From an uncultured virus (IMG/VR IMGVR_UViG_3300029305_004206) (Duplodnaviria; Heunggongvirae; Uroviricota; Caudoviricetes): a stretch of 64,000 bases of DNA. The translations under genes were made by a program, and so were the position numbers. The notes under the pieces are model-generated. The model searched no databases. It had not been told where the DNA came from and saw nothing but the letters and a program-made list of their open reading frames with translations. This document shows positions 19,223-27,278 of this stretch, in pieces; position 1 is the stretch's first letter, and the number at the start of each line of letters is the position of its first letter. The DNA lies in IMG/VR virus record IMGVR_UViG_3300029305_004206. One strand, written 5' to 3'.

Positions 19223-19253
19223 CCCCAATGAGGTTCGACCTTCCTCATTGGGG
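19223..19253. terminator. Hairpin, probable terminator
   Basis: CCCCAATGAGG 19223-19233 / CCTCATTGGGG 19243-19253. Confidence 0.6.
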
Positions 19254-19507
19254 AGTTCCCACTTTTAGAAAAGAGGGTAAATTTAGAGATTATAAGATTA
19301 TTTTAAAAGTTTGGAGATTGTACAATGGATAACAATCAATATATCAATCATGATAAGAGGGTTTCCAAGATGGGTGTCCAAGAAAAATAATTACTCTTCT
19401 TTTCATAAAAGTGTAGATACAATAATTACACAACAGAAAGGAGCAATTCCTAATGAACAAAAGGAATCAGCTTATAATCTTATATCTCTCTATCAAATAA
19501 TAGGAAA

Positions 19508-20215
19508 TTAAGCTATATTAACTTGCTCTACTTCGATTGGTTTGGGAAGTTCCATACCATCTATATTTAAGTATGTAAACTTTCTTTGTAGAACATCTGG
19601 TTTATAATCATCATTAAATAATCTTGATGCTTCGATGACTTTTTCAAGTACACTTATCAATTCATTTTCTATATAAGGAGAATACATATTATAAAATTTC
19701 TTTATATTTCCATATACATATTGTATAGGAATAAATATATCTCCTGAATGGACTAATTTATGTACTGTTTCTGATAATGGGATTAAACCAACACATCCCA
19801 TATAATGCAATTCAGTAACCCTATTTGCTACTTGGAACATAGAAAAAAACTTACCTTTTTGTAGGTAATATTCCAAGACAATATTAGTAATATCAAATAA
19901 AGTAAATGGAGCATGATGAATTTCGACAGGTATTTCATACTCATCACTATTTAGATTTTTAAAAAAGGTACAAGAACTCATATTAAGATTGAATTTTAAG
20001 AAATTTATATATTCTTTATATTCACCTGATTGTCTTACAAAATTCTCAACTTTCTTTACATATTTTAATCTAAATTTATAATCTTCTTTTAGAAGAGTTG
20101 GAATATCACTATCATAATAATTAATATCTGGTATATCATCAATAACCACAGTTTGACTTATTATTTTATTACTATCAAAGTTAGGATTATTAACAGGTAA
20201 ACGCATAGTTTTCAC
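19508..20215 (-). CDS. Phage protein with HNH-like His-metal motif
   Basis: CTFF...EIHHAPFTLFDI...LHY...GLIPLSETVHKLVH. Confidence 0.45.
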   Translation of the reverse strand: MKTMRLPVNNPNFDSNKIISQTVVIDDIPDINYYDSDIPTLLKEDYKFRLKYVKKVENFVRQSGEYKEYINFLKFNLNMSSCTFFKNLNSDEYEIPVEIHHAPFTLFDITNIVLEYYLQKGKFFSMFQVANRVTELHYMGCVGLIPLSETVHKLVHSGDIFIPIQYVYGNIKKFYNMYSPYIENELISVLEKVIEASRLFNDDYKPDVLQRKFTYLNIDGMELPKPIEVEQVNIA

Positions 20216-20236
20216 ATCCTATCTATAGATTTTATT

Positions 20237-20248
20237 TAATAAATAGTT
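20237..20248 (-). promoter_or_regulatory. Putative late promoter AACT-N6-TA flanked by ATCTATAGAT palindromes
   Basis: Minus strand AACT ATTTAT TA upstream of GTG 20215. Confidence 0.4.
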
Positions 20249-20329
20249 ATCTATAGATGAACATTAAATTTACTAAACACCACCTATAATATCTCTGTTG
20301 CTCGGAGATTTTTAAACTGAGAGTATTAA

Positions 20330-20365
20330 ATGTCCTATCCAGCGATTACTTACTGGATAGGACAT
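20330..20365. terminator. Hairpin downstream of the RNAP beta gene
   Basis: ATGTCCTATCCAG / CTGGATAGGACAT. Confidence 0.65.
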
Positions 20366-20375
20366 CTCATTATTT

Positions 20376-23300
20376 TTACTTTTCTCCGTATATTTCACCG
20401 ATCTGTCGTTTAAGTTCAATTAAAACTTTATTCGACCACATCATATAGAATATACTATTTGTCATACGAGAAATAACAGAAAATGGTGTTAAAATAGCAT
20501 CAATAGGCTCTTCTTGTCTATATTCAGAGAATGGTGCTTCATCTGCTGGGATAACTGATCCAATTACACCCTTTAATGCAGTATAATAAGTAATCTTATC
20601 ACCGACACCCATTATATCCTTGTATTTAACATAGATTTCTATTAATACACCGTCACCAACATTTTTTCCTTTAATTTTTCCATTATTTTCAAGTTTATCT
20701 GAAGATGGAAGAATCAGATCATCAGTGTTTATACCATTTTCTTTAAGATACTTTTCTTTAGATTTAAGATTTTTCTTATATGATGAAATAAGTTTCTTTA
20801 ATGAATCAGACATTTCATCTTCTTCTACATTCCAATATATCTGTACATCTTCTATAACACCTGTATATTTGGAATGTAAAGTATTCTTACTCATATCTTC
20901 AATCTCTGATTTATATTCATCACCAAGTTTAGATAAAAGTAAGTTAATTTCCTTTTCATCAAAAGAATTCTCAAATTTAAGTAATGTATCTCCAGTTTTA
21001 ACTTCTTGACCTTTCTTAACGATATAATCAACATTAGAATTTGGTCCAAGGAATATTTCCTTTTTCATAGTTACATATGCAGTCATATCTTTAGAAAGAT
21101 TTTCTGTAATGGTAGTTGAATCTTCAAAAGTCCAAGCACCTGAAGTTAATGCAACTTTAGTTAATGTACCAACTGCATATTCGGCTTCAGACCCTTTGCC
21201 TTTAATATATTGCTCGTTACAAGCTAATACGTCACCTTCCTTAAAAGTACTACCTACTTTTAAGTTAGTAGAGAGTTTATTAGAATGGTAGAATCCTCCT
21301 CCACCATTCTTAGCAATCTTAGCATCTAAATCTACAAAATCTCTTGATTTGTCTTTATACTCAACTATCATCATATTATCTTTAATATCTACAACTTTAC
21401 CATCTTGTTTTGCTTTAAATGCAAAGTCATTAGAAATTAAATAAGGTAATGCTTTTTCTGCACCTGTACCCACAAGTAATTTATCAGTTTTCTCAACTGG
21501 AATTACGTGTTTATTTTGAGTTGTTGACATACCAATACGAGGAGCATCATCTTTAGATGCTACAAATGGAGAAACTATTTCACTTGGAGTAAGCATATTA
21601 GTAAACTCTAATTCTGATGTATCTTTATTATTACCAGCTTTCATATAACCTCTGGTGGAAATAATATTTGGATCAAAAGTTAGAGTTCTTACTGCACCCG
21701 TTTTTCCACTATCTGGAGTTGCTAATCCGAGATTTCCAAGCATTGTTGGATCATAAGAACGTTTTTCATTAGAGAAAGCTCTATCAAGGTTTAATCCACC
21801 AATACCTTTATAAGTAGTAGTGCTTAATTTTTCAGCTTCTAATACTGGATTAAGAATTGAGTATTCTTCTACTAAAGGACTCGCAACTAATCTCTTTATA
21901 AGAGCATCTTGAGGTACAGACATTGCTTTTCCTGTATTCTTATAAATATTATATGCTTCTATAAGTAACTCATTAAAATAAGCATTTATAACTTCATTAC
22001 TTCTACATCTATAGATATCCATATTATTTTCTCTTGAATAACTATTATCAGAAAGTAACATATTAGCATATAACATAAGTTCTGTAAATTCTGTAGGAAG
22101 ATCATAATCTTCTAATACTTCTTTTGTAATTGGATCGATCATACTTTCGATAATATTATCGAAACCTTTTGATACATTCATTGATCCATATACATTAAAG
22201 AAATATTCAAGATAAACTTCCTTATCATCAAATTTTTCATATTCATATGATTTTGTATCCATTTCATTAAAACAAGATAAGAGTAATGAATTAGATATTG
22301 GGAACATTTCGTAATATAGATAGCCATTTTTAAATGGAATCATAGAATACTTGTTTTTCTGTTCTGGAGATAATACTTTTCTTTTATCACTAAATTCTGT
22401 CTTTATCTTTGCTTTAGTTAATAAAGTAGATAAACCTTCGTGATAAGCTAGAAGAATACCTAAAGGTACATCTCTGGATAGAATTGAACATCTTGAGTAC
22501 ATAAATCTCTTACCTACAGAAACATCTGTTAATTTAGATTCTATCGCTGGATCACATTCTATCAAAGCATCTATAATAAAATCTAATAGATCTCTATTAA
22601 GATTTCTTCCACCATCTATCATTACATCATTTGTCTTTGTATTTAACTCTAAGATTTGATTTCCCATTTTTCCGATAGGAATAATTGTATTATCTCTTCC
22701 ATCCCAAGATAATTCATCTCTTGCTCTTTCTTGGTTAAAATATAGAATGATATTCTTATTATTATGAATTTCAAGACTAATGAATTGTGATGCTAATTCA
22801 TCATAATCAAGTGTAGTTAAATAAGCAGTATTTACATTTAAACAATCTCCTGGATTAACCTTAATCTTTGAACTTGCGATGGTTGGAAGAACTTTCTTTA
22901 ATCGCTCAATTTTAGGATTAACTTTAATACCATATCTGGAGATAAACATCTTACGATAGTTTCCTGTAACCTGAACTGTATCTGGTTTTAATTTAACTAC
23001 AGGTAAAAGTACTAACTGTTTAAGAATCATCTTTTTACTTCCGTTTACATAGATGTATCTATCATCTATCATTTTAGGGAAGTCTAATTTAATCGTATGC
23101 TTTTTATTATTTTCATCTACAAATAAAAATTCCTTTGTAACTTTCTTTGTAAATGTGTCACTTGATTCTACTTCATTATAATCCTTTAAGAATACTCTGA
23201 TTGTCTTACTTTCATCACTTAATTGATGAATAATCATCATCTGATCCTTTTGTGAAAGTTTCTGATTATAATTCTTTTCAAAATCTTTAAGAACAGATTT

Positions 23301-24476
23301 GGTAATCTTATTATTTACAGTTTTTACTTTGAATGGAACTGTATCAATTTCTTTCTCTCTATTCTCATTAATGATATCATCAAGAGTCTTATTATTTATC
23401 TTAACCTGTTTAGCTTGTTTCTGATATTGTTCGACTCTAGCATTTCTCTGATTATTCTTTTTAGCAGTGATTTTTTCTTTAGCTAAATCAGATACATAAT
23501 CTTTTAATACTTCATCTTGAGATAATTGATCTAATAATTCAAAATCATCTGTAAATCTTTCACTTGATTCTTCAATCTTATCTTCAATTTTTTCAAGTAA
23601 TTCACTTTCCGCACCAGTTAAGTACTTAGGTTTTACTGGAAAAATCTGATTAGTAATCTTTTCAGTAAGTTTCTGAGGAACTTTTCTTTTTTTCGTATCT
23701 AAAGATATGAAACCACTATCTATTTCTTTTTCATCTTCTTCAGATAATCCTTCTGCAGAATTATATTTAGCCAATAATTTGATATATCTTGCTAATTTAG
23801 GTAAATCTTTTTTAGTTATACTTGATAAGTCAACTCTAAAAAACATCTGAGCATCGACATTTACAATTATTAACTTAATATTCTTAACATAATCTGTTCC
23901 CATATTAAACATAATCATGTTATATAAAGATTGGATTAGAGAATTATTTTCAGTTAGATTGAAATATTTATTTGGTTCTTGAATTTCTTTAGATATAGGA
24001 ATAATAAGAAATTTATCCTCATAATTGTCATATTCACTTGAGTTAAATAATGTAAAATAAGTATCTGCAATTTTCTGCAGTTTCATCTTGTTATTCCATT
24101 TTGATTTTTCAGTGAATAAGTTTTCTGTATAAGGAGATAAATCTATCATAAGATTTTTTCTCTTATAATCAGAAACTTTCATCTTAAAATTATTAACTCG
24201 TTTATTAGTATCTCTTAATGAATCATATGAATCTTTTTGATTATTAAATACTCGTTTAGTAGTATTTCTATCATCCTTCATTATAATTCTTTTAGGGATA
24301 TAATAAGATTTAATAGTTAAAAGATGGAAACAACTTGATTTCATAATCTTCTGATTCTCTTCTTTAGTTCCTGCTAAGAATATAGCTGTTCCAGAAACTT
24401 TATCCTTTCCTTCGATAAAATTTAATTTCTGCTTTCTATATATCTTTAAGGGAACTAAACTACTATAATTTAACAT
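20376..24476 (-). CDS. rpoB: Phage multisubunit RNA polymerase beta subunit (probably virion RNAP; C-terminal beta segment absent)
   Basis: Beta motifs in order: YIYVNGSKKMILKQL, YKGIGGLN, TPDSGKTG, PFVASKDDAPRIGMSTTQ, LVGTGAE, WTFEDS, GVGDKIT...KGVI, DAILTPFSVISRM. About 450-aa N-terminal extension. Confidence 0.92.
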   Translation of the reverse strand: MLNYSSLVPLKIYRKQKLNFIEGKDKVSGTAIFLAGTKEENQKIMKSSCFHLLTIKSYYIPKRIIMKDDRNTTKRVFNNQKDSYDSLRDTNKRVNNFKMKVSDYKRKNLMIDLSPYTENLFTEKSKWNNKMKLQKIADTYFTLFNSSEYDNYEDKFLIIPISKEIQEPNKYFNLTENNSLIQSLYNMIMFNMGTDYVKNIKLIIVNVDAQMFFRVDLSSITKKDLPKLARYIKLLAKYNSAEGLSEEDEKEIDSGFISLDTKKRKVPQKLTEKITNQIFPVKPKYLTGAESELLEKIEDKIEESSERFTDDFELLDQLSQDEVLKDYVSDLAKEKITAKKNNQRNARVEQYQKQAKQVKINNKTLDDIINENREKEIDTVPFKVKTVNNKITKSVLKDFEKNYNQKLSQKDQMMIIHQLSDESKTIRVFLKDYNEVESSDTFTKKVTKEFLFVDENNKKHTIKLDFPKMIDDRYIYVNGSKKMILKQLVLLPVVKLKPDTVQVTGNYRKMFISRYGIKVNPKIERLKKVLPTIASSKIKVNPGDCLNVNTAYLTTLDYDELASQFISLEIHNNKNIILYFNQERARDELSWDGRDNTIIPIGKMGNQILELNTKTNDVMIDGGRNLNRDLLDFIIDALIECDPAIESKLTDVSVGKRFMYSRCSILSRDVPLGILLAYHEGLSTLLTKAKIKTEFSDKRKVLSPEQKNKYSMIPFKNGYLYYEMFPISNSLLLSCFNEMDTKSYEYEKFDDKEVYLEYFFNVYGSMNVSKGFDNIIESMIDPITKEVLEDYDLPTEFTELMLYANMLLSDNSYSRENNMDIYRCRSNEVINAYFNELLIEAYNIYKNTGKAMSVPQDALIKRLVASPLVEEYSILNPVLEAEKLSTTTYKGIGGLNLDRAFSNEKRSYDPTMLGNLGLATPDSGKTGAVRTLTFDPNIISTRGYMKAGNNKDTSELEFTNMLTPSEIVSPFVASKDDAPRIGMSTTQNKHVIPVEKTDKLLVGTGAEKALPYLISNDFAFKAKQDGKVVDIKDNMMIVEYKDKSRDFVDLDAKIAKNGGGGFYHSNKLSTNLKVGSTFKEGDVLACNEQYIKGKGSEAEYAVGTLTKVALTSGAWTFEDSTTITENLSKDMTAYVTMKKEIFLGPNSNVDYIVKKGQEVKTGDTLLKFENSFDEKEINLLLSKLGDEYKSEIEDMSKNTLHSKYTGVIEDVQIYWNVEEDEMSDSLKKLISSYKKNLKSKEKYLKENGINTDDLILPSSDKLENNGKIKGKNVGDGVLIEIYVKYKDIMGVGDKITYYTALKGVIGSVIPADEAPFSEYRQEEPIDAILTPFSVISRMTNSIFYMMWSNKVLIELKRQIGEIYGEK

Positions 24477-24516
24477 CTTTCGGTCTCCCTTCTTTTGATT
24501 ATTTCTATTAAGAATT

Positions 24517-24528
24517 TAATGTTCTGTT
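24517..24528 (-). promoter_or_regulatory. Putative late promoter AACA-N6-TA for RNAP beta
   Basis: Minus strand AACA GAACAT TA ~40 nt upstream of the ATG. Confidence 0.5.
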
Positions 24529-24756
24529 GCCTGAAAGGATTTTTAATCTGAATATAATTAAAAAGAAAATACTCTATAACACATGATTACAGTTATACAA
24601 AATTTAACTGTTAAATCAAGTATATATAATATATGTGATTAGATGATTAATATGATTATCTAATCGATATAATTATATCATAATCCTCAAATGATATAAT
24701 TATAAATATATTTATAATTATATAAAAAATTTAAAAACAGAAAGGAGTCATGTAAA

Positions 24757-25788
24757 ATGGCTAACAAGAAAGTAAACACAAAGGGCAAGAAGAACAAGAT
24801 GGAAGATTTCGAAGATGAAGAAGAAATCATGGACGAAGACGAAGAGTTCGAAGATGATGAAGAATTCGAAGATGTAGAGGACGATTTCGAAGACGAAGAC
24901 ATCGAAGAGGACGATGAAGAATCTGAAGATGATGAAGACGAAGATCTCGATGAGGACGAGGACGAGGATGAAGAATCTGAAGATGACGATGATGAAGACG
25001 AAGACTTCGAAGACGATGAAGAAGAATTCGAAGATGATGAAGATGATGACGAGGAAGAGGACGAAGAACCTGCTCCTAAGAAAGCATCTGCAAAGAAAGC
25101 TCCTGCTAAGAAGACAACTAAGAAAGTTGTAGAAGAAGACGATGACGAGGAAGAGGAAGAAGAACCTGCTCCTAAGAAGTCAACTAAGAAATCAGCTCCA
25201 GCTAAATCTACAGCAAAGAAAGCACCAGCTAAATCTACAAAGAAAGCATCTAAAGATGAAGATGACGAAGAAGAAGCAGAATCTAAAGTTAAGACAAGAA
25301 CAGCAGAAGATGTATTTGCTAAGATCGAAGAGAGAGTTGATCTTAACAAGGCTGGTAAACCAATTTCTTCTACGATCCTTTCTAAAGATGACACAGACAC
25401 AGTTCTTACATCTTTCGTAAATGATCCTGAAGTTCTTGAAGAACTTGGTTTTGAATCTAAGCTTACAAAGAAACAGGTAGGTATTCTTAAGGTTGCTATC
25501 TTCAAAGGTCTTTATGAGATCTGTAATCATGGTGGCGGCTTCAGACTTGCTGATGGTATCACTATTCGTGGTTCTTACACAGAAGAAAAGATCTGGAATA
25601 ATATTCCTGGCAAACCTGCATCTAAAGTTGGTTCTTACCTCAAAGTATTTGCTAACAGTCCTGCACCTGCTTCTGTTAAAGAAACTGGCTCAATCGTTAA
25701 AGGTAAATTCGTAGCTGATAAAACATCTGCAAAGACAACTGGTTCAGCTAAGAAAGCACCTGCAAAGAAAGCTACAAAGAAGAAATAA
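24757..25788 (+). CDS. HU/IHF-like DNA-binding protein with long Asp/Glu tract and histone H1-like PAKK repeats
   Basis: About 90-aa D/E tract; PAPKK/APAKK repeats; C-terminal LTKKQVGILKVAIFKGLYEICNHGGGFRLADGITIRGSYTEEKIWNNIPG resembles the HU fold. AAAGGAG RBS. Codon bias (TTC, ATC, GAC, AAG) typical of highly expressed genes. Confidence 0.6.
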   Translation: MANKKVNTKGKKNKMEDFEDEEEIMDEDEEFEDDEEFEDVEDDFEDEDIEEDDEESEDDEDEDLDEDEDEDEESEDDDDEDEDFEDDEEEFEDDEDDDEEEDEEPAPKKASAKKAPAKKTTKKVVEEDDDEEEEEEPAPKKSTKKSAPAKSTAKKAPAKSTKKASKDEDDEEEAESKVKTRTAEDVFAKIEERVDLNKAGKPISSTILSKDDTDTVLTSFVNDPEVLEELGFESKLTKKQVGILKVAIFKGLYEICNHGGGFRLADGITIRGSYTEEKIWNNIPGKPASKVGSYLKVFANSPAPASVKETGSIVKGKFVADKTSAKTTGSAKKAPAKKATKKK

Positions 25789-25822
25789 TTAAAGGATAAA
25801 GTGTTATAAATACTTATCCGAG

Positions 25823-25863
25823 GATAGAGTACAGCGAATTAAAAGGTGTACTCTATCTTTTTT
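25823..25863 (+). terminator. Rho-independent terminator
   Basis: GATAGAGTACA / TGTACTCTATC followed by a T-run. Confidence 0.8.
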
Positions 25864-25890
25864 GTCTTTAAATGAAAGGAGTGCATAAAA

Positions 25891-27132
25891 ATGATAATTT
25901 TTACTTACGGACCTGTGGGAATTGAAAGGTTTTTGGAAGATCATAAAAATTACATTACACCAAGAAATTTATTTAAAGATACTTCATTAATGAATGTATC
26001 AGAAATTACTGAAGAAGACATTCAAAATAAGATTATTATCAGACCTTGGTATGATATGTATCATTTTGCTGAAAATGGTTTGCTTAATTATATTAATATT
26101 TCATCTATCTTGTTATATAGAACTGAAGATGGAATGAATGAATATTTTAAACTCTATAAAAGTATTCATAACGATTATGATGATGAAAAGATTAGAGAAA
26201 TTGTTAATACAACTCTAATTGGACTATCTCAAACAAGTATGCCATTTAGACTTTGGAAAATGGCAATTACAGAACCAATATCATTAGATGATTTCTTTAA
26301 ACAGTTTTTAAATGATGAAGAAATAGATTTAAATGAAATTGGAGACTTTATAGATGTTGTAAATTTTATTCAGCAGTTTTATAACCAAGAAAAAAAGATA
26401 GATAAATATCTTAAGAAGGTTATGGACAATAAAGATAAATTAGTTGATAAAGAAATCATTGATTTTAGAAATGACTACTTTACGATTGATTTAAAATCAT
26501 TAATAGATAGACAGAAATTTATCTGGTTGAGATATGAATCTTCAGATGTCTATAATCTTAAGAAAAATAATGCAACTACATTTATAAAAGAACTTGATAA
26601 GTACCTATTCAATATCACAGAAGAAATTATTGAAACTTTAGATGTACAGGTTGACTGTGATGACAATAAGTTTAACGAAAGATCAGAATTTGATATAAAC
26701 GAGTTGATTGAAGAAATAATTGATGTATTTAATTATTCTGCAACAACTCTTTCAATCCTTCATACTGCATATAACTGTATTGAAAAAGAAGATGATGTAA
26801 TCGGAATTTTAGCTTCTAATGATTTCGAAAAAGTTCATCTTTCTGATGCTGATTATATGAAAGATATGTTGTATAAAGATTTACTTTTAGTTCTTCATAA
26901 TGTAGTGTCAATCAGAAGATTATTCGGTGAGAGGAAATGGCACAAACCTCATCCGAAGGATAATCTTGAGATGAATAAAGAAAGACTTATTTTATCTATG
27001 CATTATATGATAAACTGTCTTAAAGCAGCAGCAAGAATTTTATACGCAATAACCAAGGATTTTGATAAAGTTAATGCTGTTATGAATGAAAAATTTAAAT
27101 TTATCGTTGAGTTACCTGATGTGACTGAATGA
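25891..27132 (+). CDS. Protein with C-terminal all-alpha NTP pyrophosphatase (MazG/dimeric dUTPase/dCTPase-like) domain
   Basis: FNITEEIIETLD...NELIEEIIDVFNY (ExxE...ExxD) and RRLFGERKWHK. Confidence 0.45.
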   Translation: MIIFTYGPVGIERFLEDHKNYITPRNLFKDTSLMNVSEITEEDIQNKIIIRPWYDMYHFAENGLLNYINISSILLYRTEDGMNEYFKLYKSIHNDYDDEKIREIVNTTLIGLSQTSMPFRLWKMAITEPISLDDFFKQFLNDEEIDLNEIGDFIDVVNFIQQFYNQEKKIDKYLKKVMDNKDKLVDKEIIDFRNDYFTIDLKSLIDRQKFIWLRYESSDVYNLKKNNATTFIKELDKYLFNITEEIIETLDVQVDCDDNKFNERSEFDINELIEEIIDVFNYSATTLSILHTAYNCIEKEDDVIGILASNDFEKVHLSDADYMKDMLYKDLLLVLHNVVSIRRLFGERKWHKPHPKDNLEMNKERLILSMHYMINCLKAAARILYAITKDFDKVNAVMNEKFKFIVELPDVTE

Positions 27133-27139
27133 TAGGAAG

Positions 27140-27181
27140 ATCCGTAACGAGTAAATTATTCTCGTTACGGATTTTTTTTTT
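27140..27181 (+). terminator. Rho-independent terminator
   Basis: ATCCGTAACGAG / CTCGTTACGGAT followed by a T-run. Confidence 0.85.
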
Positions 27182-27210
27182 GTCATTTTCTTAATCTTTA
27201 GATAAATCTC

Positions 27211-27222
27211 AACAATAAAATA
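27211..27222 (+). promoter_or_regulatory. Putative late promoter AACA-N6-TA
   Basis: AACA ATAAAA TA between a terminator and the giant tail gene. Confidence 0.55.
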
Positions 27223-27278
27223 AGGCGAATTAATTATTCGCTAATAAAAAATTTATAAAGAAAGGAGAAAATCTTATT

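Noticed and set aside
19223..19253. GGTTCGAC resembling a tRNA T-loop
   Set aside because: It sits in the loop of a simple hairpin; no cloverleaf, anticodon arm or CCA end
19311..19511. 66-aa plus-strand ORF from the track
   Set aside because: TTG start without RBS and atypical composition; the two shorter RBS-led ORFs are better candidates
20376..24476. Cellular rpoB of a bacterial chromosome, or an intron/intein in this gene
   Set aside because: Highly divergent, no rpoC or ribosomal protein neighbours, surrounded by virion genes; ORF is continuous with no intein motifs seen
24687..25530. Long Ser-rich antisense and alternative-frame ORFs over the acidic HU-like gene
   Set aside because: Shadow ORFs produced by GAA/GAT/GAC codon runs; no RBS
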